This document shows, piece after piece, positions 19,539-30,376 of a DNA stretch of 64,000 nucleotides. The notes beneath the pieces are model-generated. The model saw only the letters and a list, made by a program, of their open reading frames with translations, had not been told where the DNA came from and did no database searches. The translations under genes were made by a program, and so were the position numbers. Source of the stretch: Bacteroidaceae bacterium (GTDB lineage: Bacteria; Pseudomonadota; Gammaproteobacteria; Enterobacterales; Succinivibrionaceae); NCBI GenBank assembly GCA_963639245.1, contig CAVHVI010000001.1, positions 7,145 through 71,144 on the forward strand, written 5' to 3'. Every line of letters starts with the position of its first letter. Position 1 is the first letter of the stretch.

Positions 19539-20354
19539 TTAACGGTGATGAACAATGTACTTCTCAGTACGCTTGTTCTTGCGGGTCTTGAAGCCCTTGC
19601 AAGGAGTACCCCACGGTGAACGTGGCTGAATACCCTTGTTACGGCCCTCACCACCGCCATGCGGGTGGTCAATAGGGTTCATTGACATACCGCGAACGGT
19701 AGGACGAATGCCGCGCCAACGCTTAGCACCGGCCTTGCCTAACTGAGCTAGCATGTGCTCGCCGTTACCGATTTCACCGATGGTTGCACGACCAGCAGCT
19801 AAAACGCGACGCATTTCACCAGAACGCATACGTAAGGTTACGTACTGACCTTCTTTGGCGAGGAGTTCGCAGTAGCAGCCAGCGGAACGGGCAAAGGTAG
19901 CACCGTTACCAGGGATGAGCTCAACAGCGTGGATGACAGTACCGAGAGGAATATTCTGCATAGGCAGAGTATTACCAACAGCGATAGGAGCATCAGCACC
20001 AGAAACGATGGTATCACCAACCTTCAAACCCTTAGGAGCAAGGATATAAGAACGAACGCCGTCCTTATAGAGCACCAAAGCGATGTGAGCAGAACGGTTA
20101 GGATCGTACTCAATACGCTCAACGCGTGCCTCAATGCCGTCCTTCTGACGCTTGAAGTCTACCAAACGATAACGCTGCTTGTGACCACCGCCAATGTGAC
20201 GAGTGGAAATGTGACCGTAGTTGTCACGACCACCGGTCTTGCGCTTCTCAACAACGAGTGAAGCCAAGGGGCCGCCTTTCCAGAGGCCAGGGGTCTTGAT
20301 CTGGACAACGTGACGGCGAGCCGGGGAGGTAGGCTTTGCTTTAATGATAGCCAT
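19539..20354 (-). CDS. rplB: 50S ribosomal protein L2
   Basis: [21 protein letters not shown]. Confidence 0.98.
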   Translation of the reverse strand: MAIIKAKPTSPARRHVVQIKTPGLWKGGPLASLVVEKRKTGGRDNYGHISTRHIGGGHKQRYRLVDFKRQKDGIEARVERIEYDPNRSAHIALVLYKDGVRSYILAPKGLKVGDTIVSGADAPIAVGNTLPMQNIPLGTVIHAVELIPGNGATFARSAGCYCELLAKEGQYVTLRMRSGEMRRVLAAGRATIGEIGNGEHMLAQLGKAGAKRWRGIRPTVRGMSMNPIDHPHGGGEGRNKGIQPRSPWGTPCKGFKTRKNKRTEKYIVHHR

Positions 20355-20671
20355 TATTTGCTCTCCTTTTCAGCCTGCTGGGCAGCAGCAACATCAATGT
20401 TAGTGCCCTCAGGAAGAGTTACATATGCCTTCTTCCAGTCAGAGCGCTTGCCCATGCCGTGAACGGTGCGACGGGTCTTACCCATCACATTCAAGGTGCG
20501 AACGTTAATTACGGAGACGTTGAACAACATCTGTACAGCAGCCTTGATCTCTTCCTTGGTTGCATCTTTAGCAACCTTGAACACGAAGGTGCTATTCTGA
20601 GCAGCTTCAGTGCTCTTCTCGGTAACAACCGGAGCGATAAGGATCTTTAATAAACGTGCTTCAGAAATCAT
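20354..20671 (-). CDS. rplW: 50S ribosomal protein L23
   Basis: [15 protein letters not shown]. Confidence 0.97.
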   Translation of the reverse strand: MISEARLLKILIAPVVTEKSTEAAQNSTFVFKVAKDATKEEIKAAVQMLFNVSVINVRTLNVMGKTRRTVHGMGKRSDWKKAYVTLPEGTNIDVAAAQQAEKESK

Positions 20672-21279
20672 TTCAGGATCTCCTCTACCTTCTTGACAGC
20701 GGCGGAAGTCATCACAACCTTGTCGTAATCAATCAGGCTGACAGGATTGAACTCGGAGGTTCCAGGCTGGCAGACGTCAACTTTGTAAAGGTTACGGGAA
20801 GCTAGCATGAGGTTCTCATCAAAAGCTTCGGTAACAATTAAGGCCTCTTTGAGGTCCATGCTCTTAAGCTTGGCAACTAAGGTCTTGGTCTTGCAATCTT
20901 CAACCTTGAAGTCGTCAACTACGACTAAACGGTCCTGACGAGCCAACTCAGAAAGAATGCTGCACATAGCAACACGATACATCTTACGGTTGACCTTCTG
21001 GGTCCAGTCCTGGGGCTTAGCAGCGAAGATCTTGCCACCAGCTCTCCAAAGAGGAGAACGAGTAGAACCTGCACGAGCGCGGCCGGTGCCCTTCTGACGG
21101 AACGGCTTCTTGCCGCCGCCGGAGACTTCGGAACGGGTCTTCTGAGCCTTGGTGCCAGCACGGGCAGTGCTCAAATATGAAACTACTACCTGATGTACTA
21201 AGGGCTCGTTGAACTCACGACCGAAGGTGGTGTCTGACACTTCTAGAGCCTTGTCAGCGCCAATCATCTTTAATTCCAT
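20668..21279 (-). CDS. rplD: 50S ribosomal protein L4
   Basis: [14 protein letters not shown]. Confidence 0.98.
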   Translation of the reverse strand: MELKMIGADKALEVSDTTFGREFNEPLVHQVVVSYLSTARAGTKAQKTRSEVSGGGKKPFRQKGTGRARAGSTRSPLWRAGGKIFAAKPQDWTQKVNRKMYRVAMCSILSELARQDRLVVVDDFKVEDCKTKTLVAKLKSMDLKEALIVTEAFDENLMLASRNLYKVDVCQPGTSEFNPVSLIDYDKVVMTSAAVKKVEEILK

Positions 21280-21297
21280 GATTTTCTATACCTCGGG

Positions 21298-21936
21298 TTA
21301 AGCTTTGACACTCGGCCTTACGATTACGTCGCCGTTATTGGCACCAGGAACAGCACCCTTAACGAGGAGTAAATTACGCTCGGAGTCGATACGTACAAGC
21401 TCGAGATCCATTACGGTTACTTTCTCAGAGCCCATGTGGCCGACCATCTTCTTGCCCTTGAACACACGACCAGGGGTCTGGTTCTGACCGGTAGAACCGG
21501 GAACACGGTGTGAACGGGAATTACCGTGGGTATAATCTTGGTGCAGGAAGTGATAACGCTTAATAGTACCAGCAGTGCCCTTACCTTTTGAGGTGCCGGT
21601 GACGTCTACTTTCTTAACGTCCTGGAAAGCGTCGACCTTGATCTCAGAGCCGACCTGATAGGCCTCAAGCTCAGAAGGCTCAAGACGGAACTCCCACAAG
21701 CCACGACCAGCAGCAACGCCAGCCTTAGCAAAGTGGCCGATCTCAGCCTTGGTCATGCGGCTAGCCTTACGCTCGCCGGTGGTTACCTGAATGGCAGTAT
21801 AGCCATCAGTTTCTGCGTTCTTAATCTGAGTAACGCGGTTTGCCTCAACCTGGATGACGGTGACAGGAACAGATTTGCCGTTCTCGTTGAAAACACGGGT
21901 CATACCAAGCTTGCGGCCGATTAAACCGATTGACAT
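21298..21936 (-). CDS. rplC: 50S ribosomal protein L3
   Basis: [28 protein letters not shown]. Confidence 0.98.
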   Translation of the reverse strand: MSIGLIGRKLGMTRVFNENGKSVPVTVIQVEANRVTQIKNAETDGYTAIQVTTGERKASRMTKAEIGHFAKAGVAAGRGLWEFRLEPSELEAYQVGSEIKVDAFQDVKKVDVTGTSKGKGTAGTIKRYHFLHQDYTHGNSRSHRVPGSTGQNQTPGRVFKGKKMVGHMGSEKVTVMDLELVRIDSERNLLLVKGAVPGANNGDVIVRPSVKA

Positions 21937-21955
21937 TGTATTTATCCCCTATCTC

Positions 21956-22309
<354 letters not shown>

Positions 22310-22454
22310 CTAGCTAACTGCATAAGAGGAGGTGACGCTATTTCTACTATTCCCTCACAATTAGAGGGAGTTTCCTCAGCCGCATCTTATTGACGTAGGG
22401 CTGGCTTTTGATTCGTTCCATGAACTTTTGGGGGAACGTTCAAAATGTGCAAGC

Positions 22455-22482
22455 ATTGTACCCTTTTTTTTTAACATTGCAA
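22455..22482 (-). promoter_or_regulatory. Candidate S10 operon promoter, giving a structured leader of about 180 nt
   Basis: TTGCAA-16 nt-TACAAT on the minus strand. Leader hairpins such as TCCCTC/GAGGGA. Confidence 0.65.
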
Positions 22483-22539
22483 GGGTATATTACGATTTTT
22501 TTGCGCTTTTTCGCTAGGACCTAACTAATCTCTTAAAAA

Positions 22540-24336
22540 TCAATGGGCATAGTGAGGATCCTCAATAAGCTTGCGCTCGCCATGCATAGTTACGGCCTTT
22601 TTATCCCCTAATTTATAAGATGCTGAGGAGAGATCGTAACGGGCCTCATATTGCGGCATACCCGATAATCCCATTAAGCCACACATCAGATCAAAGACTA
22701 AATCATTAGTCCAAGCCTTAGCCTTATGTGCACGCAGGGCTTGGGTTATACCTTTATGCTTCTGTGCATACTCCTGCGATACAGAGATAACCAAGGGAAT
22801 TCGCACCATAGGGAAGGTAAAATCGGCAGGATTGTGGTCAAATTGAGTATCTAGATCCTCGCCATGATCAGATACATAGACCATAGCTTTAAATCTTGGA
22901 TGCTCCTTAATTTTTTCGTAAATCTTTCTAAGATTATCATCGGTATAGAGAATGGATGAATCGTAATCATCAATACGCTTATCCCAAGATCCTGAATATA
23001 CCTTTCTATCATCAGGGGTACGCTCAGCATAACGCGCATGGCTGCCCATTAGATGAATGATGATTAGAGCATTTTCCTTATCCTTTAAATCAGGAAAATA
23101 ATCGATAAGCTCCTCATCGTGGAAGAGGCTATACATCTTGGCAGTATTGTTTAAAAAGATCTCGTGATCAGCTGCTGAGGAGATAACCGAGATCGGGGTT
23201 TCATAGACACCAATCTTTCTTTGATTAGATAGCCAATAAATCTCAAAGCCCGCCTTACGCGCAACCTCTAATATAGAGAAGGAATCAACCAAATCCGCCC
23301 CGTTATACTGATTCTTACCAGTTAACGCATAGGTAATAGCAGGAACAGTCTGCGGGAAGGAGGCATAGGGCTTATCAAAGATAAAGGTAGTCTTATCCTT
23401 AGCAAGCTCTTCCATAAAGGGTGTATCCTGACGCTCATAGCCGTAGATCTGCATATGATCGCGATTGACGCTCTCGCCAATTACCAATACATAAATACCA
23501 GCATGATCCTTTTTACACCAAATGCCTCCGATATCGGCAAGACGTTTGGCACGATCGGCGGTGGATTTTGAATAACGCTCGTATTGCTTTAGCTGATTGC
23601 CGGTAATTTTCAAAACCGAAGTTGCAAGATAAGGCACTGCTGGAATAACGTTCACAAGCTCATATAAGGACAAAACTGCTAATAAAATGCCACACTCAAA
23701 GCGTCCTCTAAAATGACGACACTGCCCTACCCCCGTACGTCTTAAGATAAAGATAAAAAATCCCACCAAAGCAAAGGCAAAAAGCCAGGCATAGAGCCAA
23801 TAGATATTGGCATGGGCGTTAAAGTACTCCATGCTTTCATCGCCGTTAGTCTGGGCAAAAGCTAAAATGATATCGGAGGTTAGAAGCTGCTTCATTGCAA
23901 TAAAATATGCCCAAAGCGAGCCTGGGAAGAGCACTAACACTGCGGTTAATAAATAAACACAGCTCTTGCTGAAAATACGCAAGAACTTACGCTTAGTCTG
24001 AGCAGCTACAAACCAAAAGAAGGTCATCGGCACGAAGGCGGCGCAGGTAGCCTCCAAGGCTATGAAAAATTCCTCATATCTAAGCTCTGAGCCAATTGCC
24101 ACACGAATTAAAGGCACTGAGACATAGAGCACACTCAGCAATAAGAAGAAGATAAATACCCTACGATTGAGCTCTAAGAAGTTCCAAACTAACAAGGCGC
24201 CGGCGCAGGCCACAATTCCTGATAACTGCGGAATGAGCACTCTTGGGGTTGCATCATTTATATAGGCAAATACTCCTAAAACTACTGCCGCAAGGATCAC
24301 TACTAAGGTTAAAAGAACTCTTATAAAATGTTTCAT
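22540..24336 (-). CDS. Phosphoethanolamine transferase (EptA/CptA/YbiP-like sulfatase family)
   Basis: N-terminal TM helices, VIGES, putative Thr nucleophile in PQTVP, WLSNQ, HLMGSH, YVSDHGE. Confidence 0.85.
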   Translation of the reverse strand: MKHFIRVLLTLVVILAAVVLGVFAYINDATPRVLIPQLSGIVACAGALLVWNFLELNRRVFIFFLLLSVLYVSVPLIRVAIGSELRYEEFFIALEATCAAFVPMTFFWFVAAQTKRKFLRIFSKSCVYLLTAVLVLFPGSLWAYFIAMKQLLTSDIILAFAQTNGDESMEYFNAHANIYWLYAWLFAFALVGFFIFILRRTGVGQCRHFRGRFECGILLAVLSLYELVNVIPAVPYLATSVLKITGNQLKQYERYSKSTADRAKRLADIGGIWCKKDHAGIYVLVIGESVNRDHMQIYGYERQDTPFMEELAKDKTTFIFDKPYASFPQTVPAITYALTGKNQYNGADLVDSFSILEVARKAGFEIYWLSNQRKIGVYETPISVISSAADHEIFLNNTAKMYSLFHDEELIDYFPDLKDKENALIIIHLMGSHARYAERTPDDRKVYSGSWDKRIDDYDSSILYTDDNLRKIYEKIKEHPRFKAMVYVSDHGEDLDTQFDHNPADFTFPMVRIPLVISVSQEYAQKHKGITQALRAHKAKAWTNDLVFDLMCGLMGLSGMPQYEARYDLSSASYKLGDKKAVTMHGERKLIEDPHYAH

Positions 24337-24451
24337 CTAAGCTTCCAATAACTGAAACTTACCCATAACTACGCACAAGCGCTTTACACTGTTATACTGT
24401 GCGCCAACTAGAATTTTTGTTAAGCGGCGGCATTATACGGCATTTTGAGAA

Positions 24452-25138
24452 ATGGAATTTGATTTTACCCTTCCTGATAATTACGGTCTTACCACTCCTA
24501 AAAAAGAATTAGTCGTTCCTAATGAGGCAAAGTCAGTAATTCTTCATTGCTGCTGTGCTCCCTGCTCTACTGCCGTACTTGAGTGTCTTTTGGCTTATAA
24601 GATAAAGCCCATACTCTTCTTTTTTAATCCCAACATTCATCCGCGCGATGAATATGAAAAGCGTCGTGATGAATGGCTAAGACTTGCCAAGCTTAATGAT
24701 GTCGAGGCCGTGATCGGGGATTACGATACTAAATCTTGGTTTGAGAAGGTAAAAGGGCTTGAGCACTGCCCCGAGCGTGCCGAGCGCTGTGATGAATGCT
24801 TTTATATGCGCCTTAAAGCAACCGCTATTTTAGCTAAAGAACGAGAAATCAATCTCTTTACCACCACTCTTGCCACCTCGCGTTGGAAGAGCAAGCCTCA
24901 GGTAGATAAAGCAGGTTTCAGAGCTCAGAATGAGATCGCTGGCAGTATTTACTGGGATATGGATTGGCGTAAGGGTGGACTTGTTGAAAGGCGCTATAAG
25001 CTAGTTAAGGAAATTGGTTTTTATAACCAGCGCTATTGTGGCTGTGTCTACAGCATGCAGTCTGCCTTAGAGCAAAAGAAAGCTTCAAACAAGGAGGAGC
25101 TCATGCGCTCCTCACTTGAAAAGCATTATGAGAAATAA
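24452..25138 (+). CDS. queH: Epoxyqueuosine reductase QueH (DUF208)
   Basis: LHCCCAPCS, NPNIHP, RCxxC, YCGCVYS. Confidence 0.92.
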   Translation: MEFDFTLPDNYGLTTPKKELVVPNEAKSVILHCCCAPCSTAVLECLLAYKIKPILFFFNPNIHPRDEYEKRRDEWLRLAKLNDVEAVIGDYDTKSWFEKVKGLEHCPERAERCDECFYMRLKATAILAKEREINLFTTTLATSRWKSKPQVDKAGFRAQNEIAGSIYWDMDWRKGGLVERRYKLVKEIGFYNQRYCGCVYSMQSALEQKKASNKEELMRSSLEKHYEK

Positions 25139-25144
25139 GCCTCT

Positions 25145-25786
25145 TTAAACACCATATTGCTTGCGATACTCAAGCATGGCATCTAGGTGCTCGGAAAGTT
25201 TCTCATCCTTTTTGACATATTCAATGAGATCGTCAAAGGAGACAATGGAGATAACCTTAATGCCAAGTTCCTCCTGAGCCTCATCGATAGCGCTCTTATC
25301 GCCACGACCCTTTTCCTTACGGTTTAAGGCAATCAAGGCTGCGGTAAAGTCAGCACCAGCGGCCTTGATGATGTCAGCTGATTCACGAATTGCAGTACCA
25401 GCAGTGATCACATCATCAATTAACAGCACACGTCCTTGAAGAGGTGCACCAACTAAATTACCGCCCTCTCCGTGATCCTTCTTTTCTTTACGGTTAAATA
25501 CCCAAGGAACATTCTTACCATGCTCAGTTGCCAAGGCCATAGCTGTAGCGCAGGCCAAAGGGATGCCCTTATAAGCAGGTCCAAAGAGTACATCAAACTC
25601 CAAACCAGAGTCCTGCAAGGCATGAGCATAGCAGGAGCCTAAATCGGCAAGATCCTTACCTGTTGAAAAACCACCTGCGTTGAAGAAATAAGGACTAATA
25701 CGACCTGACTTTAGGGTGAAGCTGCCAAATTTCAACACACCTCTTTCAAGAGCCAGCTCAATGAATTTACGCTGATATTCCTGCAT
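25145..25786 (-). CDS. pyrE: Orotate phosphoribosyltransferase
   Basis: [33 protein letters not shown]. Confidence 0.97.
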   Translation of the reverse strand: MQEYQRKFIELALERGVLKFGSFTLKSGRISPYFFNAGGFSTGKDLADLGSCYAHALQDSGLEFDVLFGPAYKGIPLACATAMALATEHGKNVPWVFNRKEKKDHGEGGNLVGAPLQGRVLLIDDVITAGTAIRESADIIKAAGADFTAALIALNRKEKGRGDKSAIDEAQEELGIKVISIVSFDDLIEYVKKDEKLSEHLDAMLEYRKQYGV

Positions 25787-25858
25787 GCGTAAGATCTCCG
25801 TTAGAATTGTTATCAAATTTTTTCTATTTTAGCGCATGCAGTATTTTTGGAGTAGTTA

Positions 25859-26731
25859 ATGGCCAACATTTGTAGCATGACTGGATCAGGACATGGAAAT
25901 GCCATTTCTGATAACTTTGCTGTTTCCCTTGATCTAAGAGGAGTTAACAATCGCTTTATGGATTTCTCCTTGCGCACGGAGGAAGTAGCTCTGCTTAGCA
26001 TGATCCCTGTGTTAAAGGAAAGGCTAATAAATAAGATAGCGCGTGGTAAGGTTGAATGTACCCTCACCATCAAGCGCTCAGCAACTGGTGATTTGCTTAT
26101 AAATGAAGAGCGCTTAGATGCCATAGCTAAGGCTGCGGAGAAGATTAAAGCTCGCATGCCTTATATCAATACCGATCTTACCGCGTTACTTGCCTTCCCA
26201 GGAGTTTTAAGCTCAGGAGATGGCTCTGATAAAGAGCTAAACGATCTCATCATCAAAGCCTTTGATGAGGCGGTAGAGGCCTTATTGCAATCCCGTATAC
26301 GTGAGGGTGAGAGCTTAAAGACGGCAATTATTAATAGGCTAGAGTCTATTTCTGAGGGCTTAGCAAAAATTGGTGAGCTGTTGCCCAAGCTCTCTGAGCT
26401 TGAACGTCAACGCTTGCTCAAGCACATAAGCGATCTTAAAAGTGCGGATAGCTTTGATCCTGCCCGTCTTGAGCAGGAGGTAGTGATCATGGCCGAGCGT
26501 GATGATATTCAGGAGGAATACGATCGCCTCAAATCACACGTAGCTGAGGTTCAGCGAATTTTGGCAAAGGGTGGAGTCTGTGGCAAACGCTTAGATTTTA
26601 TGATGCAGGAGTTTAACCGTGAGGCTAATACCATGGCCTCGAAAACCTCATCCCTTGAGCTTACCCACCTTGCAGTAGACTTTAAGGTCTTAATTGAGCA
26701 GATGCGTGAGCAGGTACAAAACATCGAATAG
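25859..26731 (+). CDS. yicC: YicC/YloC family endoribonuclease
   Basis: SMTG, VNNRF, RGKVE, GKRLDFMMQEFNREANT, IEQMREQVQNIE. Confidence 0.95.
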   Translation: MANICSMTGSGHGNAISDNFAVSLDLRGVNNRFMDFSLRTEEVALLSMIPVLKERLINKIARGKVECTLTIKRSATGDLLINEERLDAIAKAAEKIKARMPYINTDLTALLAFPGVLSSGDGSDKELNDLIIKAFDEAVEALLQSRIREGESLKTAIINRLESISEGLAKIGELLPKLSELERQRLLKHISDLKSADSFDPARLEQEVVIMAERDDIQEEYDRLKSHVAEVQRILAKGGVCGKRLDFMMQEFNREANTMASKTSSLELTHLAVDFKVLIEQMREQVQNIE

Positions 26732-26765
26732 CATCCATGCTTTCAATCAGACGCCCATAGAATTT

Positions 26766-26795
26766 AGGATGTCCCTTTAAAAAGAGGCATCCTTT
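26766..26795 (+). terminator. Hairpin after yicC
   Basis: AGGATGTC...GGCATCCT followed by TTAT. Confidence 0.5.
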
Positions 26796-26898
26796 ATATT
26801 GGCTGAGTTTTGATTGCAACAGCGGTATTTCTAAATACTCTCTCTACAGCTTAGCTACCTCCAGCATTTATTTCTTCTTTATCTTTTTGAACCTGTAA

Positions 26899-26945
26899 TG
26901 CAAAAACTTTTAGTTTTATTAAGTTTTTGCACTTGAGTGCAAAAA
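26899..26945. promoter_or_regulatory. Overlapping inverted repeats, candidate operator upstream of the AAA ATPase
   Basis: TGCAAAAACTT-N11-AAGTTTTTGCA and TTTTTGCACT-TG-AGTGCAAAAA. Confidence 0.5.
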
Positions 26946-26983
26946 TCAATTTATGCTATGCGTATAGATGATGAGATAAAAGG

Positions 26984-28312
26984 ATGCAAAAGATGTTAGT
27001 TCATAGAGCTCTCAAGCCCCGCGATAGCTATTTAAATAAGCTCATTGCCTTTCAGGATACCGATCTAATCAAAGTGATCACTGGCATTCGTCGTTGCGGT
27101 AAATCGAGTCTGTTAAAGCTAATGTCGCATCATTTACTAAATTCAGGCATAGATGGAAATCAAATCCTAGAGATGAATTTTGAATCATTCGATTTTCTTC
27201 ATATGAACGCTGATGATATCTATCACTATGTCAAAGATCGCATGTTCCCCTCAAAGCGCATTTACCTTTTATTTGATGAAATACAGCGCATCGACAAATG
27301 GGAGGACGCCATAAACGCCTTGCGGGTAGCTCTTGACTGCGACATTTATGTCCTTAGTTCTAACGCATCTCTCTTGTCCTCAGAAAATTCGACCTACCTC
27401 TCAGGACGCTTTATAGAGATCAAAATGCTCCCGCTATCCTTTAAGGAGTTTATTGAATTTCACGGCTTTAAATTGAGCCAAAGCAAAAGCTTATTTGGGA
27501 ACTTGCGCAAGAGAATAGTAGATAGTAACGAAGATCCCTACGAGCTACGCGATCTTTTCGAGGCCTATTTGCGCTTTGGAGGTATGCCCAGTACCGCAGA
27601 AATCAGCCTAGATCAGGATAAAGCGTTAACGCTTCTTGATGGGATTTATGCAACTATCGTCATGCGTGATATCCTCGAGCGCAATAGAGGTCGCGACCAA
27701 AAGCAAATAACCGATCCCAATTTACTGCGTAAGATCATCACGCATCTGGCTAAAAGCATAGGCACTCATATTTCTCCTACTACTATTGGGTCTAGCTTAT
27801 TAAATGAAGGCCATTTAAATGAGGACAAGCGTCAAAGTTCTCCTAGTGCGCACACGCTAAAAAGCTATGTCAATGCTCTTTTGGAGAGCTACTTTTTCTA
27901 TGAGATAAAACGCTTTGATATCAAGAGAAAAAGCTATCTGCGCACCCTTTCAAAATACTATATTGCCGATCTTGGTCTGCGTAATTACCTTTTGGGCATG
28001 CCCAATAGCGATCGCGGTCACGTCATTGAAAACGTCGTCTACCTTGAGCTACTACGCCGTGGCTTTGATGTTGCAATCGGCAAGATTGGAAATTCTGAGA
28101 TAGACTTTATTGCCACTACTGCCGAGCAGAAGCTCTACATTCAAGTTACAGAATCGATGATAAGTGAGGATGTGCACAAGCGTGAGCTAGCCCCCTTGCA
28201 AACAATCTCCGATAACTACGAGAAGATCGTTTTATCTCTAGAGCCAGGCCTTGATAGCTCCTATGAGGGGATCAAATCTTTTAATCTCATAGATTGGCTA
28301 CTTGAGGAGTAA
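26984..28312 (+). CDS. AAA_14 ATPase with DUF4143 / PD-(D/E)XK-like C-terminus
   Basis: Walker A GIRRCGKS, Walker B LLFDEIQ, FGGMP, KYY.ADLGL, ENVV..EL, EIDFI, YIQV. Confidence 0.88.
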   Translation: MQKMLVHRALKPRDSYLNKLIAFQDTDLIKVITGIRRCGKSSLLKLMSHHLLNSGIDGNQILEMNFESFDFLHMNADDIYHYVKDRMFPSKRIYLLFDEIQRIDKWEDAINALRVALDCDIYVLSSNASLLSSENSTYLSGRFIEIKMLPLSFKEFIEFHGFKLSQSKSLFGNLRKRIVDSNEDPYELRDLFEAYLRFGGMPSTAEISLDQDKALTLLDGIYATIVMRDILERNRGRDQKQITDPNLLRKIITHLAKSIGTHISPTTIGSSLLNEGHLNEDKRQSSPSAHTLKSYVNALLESYFFYEIKRFDIKRKSYLRTLSKYYIADLGLRNYLLGMPNSDRGHVIENVVYLELLRRGFDVAIGKIGNSEIDFIATTAEQKLYIQVTESMISEDVHKRELAPLQTISDNYEKIVLSLEPGLDSSYEGIKSFNLIDWLLEE

Positions 28313-28443
28313 GCAAGCTTTTTGCAGTTCCTCATAAGGCCTGCTGTTTGTGTAGAGAGCTAGAAAACTTTCACACCTAGCAAATGGCTTAGAAATGCGC
28401 TCTAAGCCTTTTTTGTTGCAAGTTTTGCTATAAAACTTAAGCC

Positions 28444-30297
28444 CTATAGAAAATCACCACGGCTTAAGGCAGTGATCTTCCTTACCATATCCTTTAATAA
28501 ATCAGGGATCCCGCGCTCGCCACGACGACGCATTTCCTCAATAACCGCAATTGCAAGGCCGGGCTTGGTATGCTTGCGAATGGCAAGATCGATAACCTTA
28601 CTCTCAGTAGTACCAGGTCTTAAGGCGCCCTTGATGCCGGCGCACTTTAGATATACCCCAGAATAGCCATTTTCATATAAGAAATGCTCAGTATCTAAGG
28701 CAGGAAGCTTAGTAAGATGCGACTTTACCTGCTTTCCTGGAACATAAGTTCTAACCGTATTGCAGTATTTCTCTCCGGCCTCATCGCCATCAGTTAGCAC
28801 ATAAAAGGCAATACCGAGCTGACGGGCAAGCTTAATGATTGGTGATAAACCACATTGAGCAAATTCAACTAAGCGAATGCCTTCACATTGCAGGCCAATT
28901 CCCATAATAGCGGCCACCTGCGACATCACCCAAATCTCAGTCTCGCCCTCAACCAACAGCCAAGTTCTGGCAAATAAGGTCATAGGTCTATTAAGACGTA
29001 AATGGAAGGCAATACGGCGCTGATCGTCTTGAGATAACTCATGCGGATTAAACTTATAGCTACAGGTATCGTAATAGGCACGATAAAGTCGCCTTATGGC
29101 ATGCAAAGGAATGGCAGAAAGCAGATCGCCTGAATTGGTGGTAACAATCTTTTGCACCGATACCGAATCGATAATTGACCAAAAGGATAAAAGCAGTGAA
29201 GGATGGAAACGGGCCTCAATATCCTCAAAGATGATAATGGGAGAGGCTTTATCTGATAGCTCGCGATCGCCCTTGGAGGATAACACCACACCTGCAAGCA
29301 ACATGGTTAAAACCTTAACCTTATTAATACCAGGCTTTTCCATGGTCTGTTTTAAGGTGGCTAGGGTTTCAATTGAAATAGGTCTTCCTAAAACATCAGT
29401 ATTACGCCCCTTGCTCTTAGTAGTAAGTAGCTTAGGACCTGAATAGTTTCCTAGATAACGTCGTGAAAGTTCCTCAATATTTTCAAGCTGTAGCTTCATC
29501 TCCGAAGCAGGGATCGCAATATGCCTAGTGAAAGTGTCACTGATTGCATCAAAGATCCCGTCAACATTATTTTCATTACGGGCTGTGTCAGTAGGCGAGG
29601 AAGCTCCCATACGTTGATCACGAATACGCAATACCGGATTTAATCTAATGATGGTCAAAATACCACGCTGTTGCTCATCAAAGCTAGCACCACCACGCGA
29701 TAAAAGCTCATGCTCGGTCTTAAAATTGCCATTGCATTCACTTGCGCTAATTCGCCAATGTATACGATAGACACCATCGTCGCCATAGGTCCAAAACTTA
29801 CGCAGCTGTTTTAATGCAAGTAAATCAGAACTTGCAGTTCCCTCTGCAAAGATAAGATCAAACTGAATTTTTTCTGCTTTTTCGCGAAAGGTATCAGCCC
29901 TACGAAACTCAAACTCACGCTGGTAATAATCGTTATTATTCCCAAGCTCCAGTAAGGCATCTTGAGCATCCTGCAATCTACGCTCGCGACGATCTCGGTA
30001 CTCCTTATAAAAGTCGATTAGGGGATCTTTAGAGTCTTTTATCTCAGATGATGGCGGCAAGGCAACATTATTATTAGCTGAAGCCGTCTCATCTAATAGC
30101 GGAATGGGAATATAAAGATCCTCGCGGGCAAACTCACACAGCTTTTCACCACAGCCTAATGCCATCCACAGGGCTCTTAAGAGTGATGACTTACCCCAAG
30201 AGTTTTCACCTATAAGTACGGTGCTGTCCTCTTCAAAATCTACCTTAAGTTCACGTATGCCTCTAAAATTACGGATTTCCGCCTGCTCTAAAAACAT
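28444..30297 (-). CDS. ybjD: OLD-family ATP-dependent endonuclease, YbjD-like (ABC ATPase plus TOPRIM)
   Basis: FRGI, LIGENSWGKSSLL, EDIEARFHP, TTNS, TOPRIM LVEGETE and TDGD. Confidence 0.85.
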   Translation of the reverse strand: MFLEQAEIRNFRGIRELKVDFEEDSTVLIGENSWGKSSLLRALWMALGCGEKLCEFAREDLYIPIPLLDETASANNNVALPPSSEIKDSKDPLIDFYKEYRDRRERRLQDAQDALLELGNNNDYYQREFEFRRADTFREKAEKIQFDLIFAEGTASSDLLALKQLRKFWTYGDDGVYRIHWRISASECNGNFKTEHELLSRGGASFDEQQRGILTIIRLNPVLRIRDQRMGASSPTDTARNENNVDGIFDAISDTFTRHIAIPASEMKLQLENIEELSRRYLGNYSGPKLLTTKSKGRNTDVLGRPISIETLATLKQTMEKPGINKVKVLTMLLAGVVLSSKGDRELSDKASPIIIFEDIEARFHPSLLLSFWSIIDSVSVQKIVTTNSGDLLSAIPLHAIRRLYRAYYDTCSYKFNPHELSQDDQRRIAFHLRLNRPMTLFARTWLLVEGETEIWVMSQVAAIMGIGLQCEGIRLVEFAQCGLSPIIKLARQLGIAFYVLTDGDEAGEKYCNTVRTYVPGKQVKSHLTKLPALDTEHFLYENGYSGVYLKCAGIKGALRPGTTESKVIDLAIRKHTKPGLAIAVIEEMRRRGERGIPDLLKDMVRKITALSRGDFL

Positions 30298-30321
30298 TGG
30301 GCCTTCCTCTTATTTTGGGGT

Positions 30322-30354
30322 AAAAAAAACCGGACCTTTTGAAGATCCGGCTTT
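30322..30354 (-). terminator. Intrinsic terminator after cysS
   Basis: CCGGATC...GGTCCGG followed by T8 on the minus strand. Confidence 0.7.
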
Positions 30355-30376
30355 AAGAATCAATTAAATGCGGGCA

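Noticed and set aside
22540..24336. Mobile colistin resistance (mcr)
   Set aside because: Only general phosphoethanolamine transferase motifs are visible. The context is chromosomal, with no IS or PAP2 partner.
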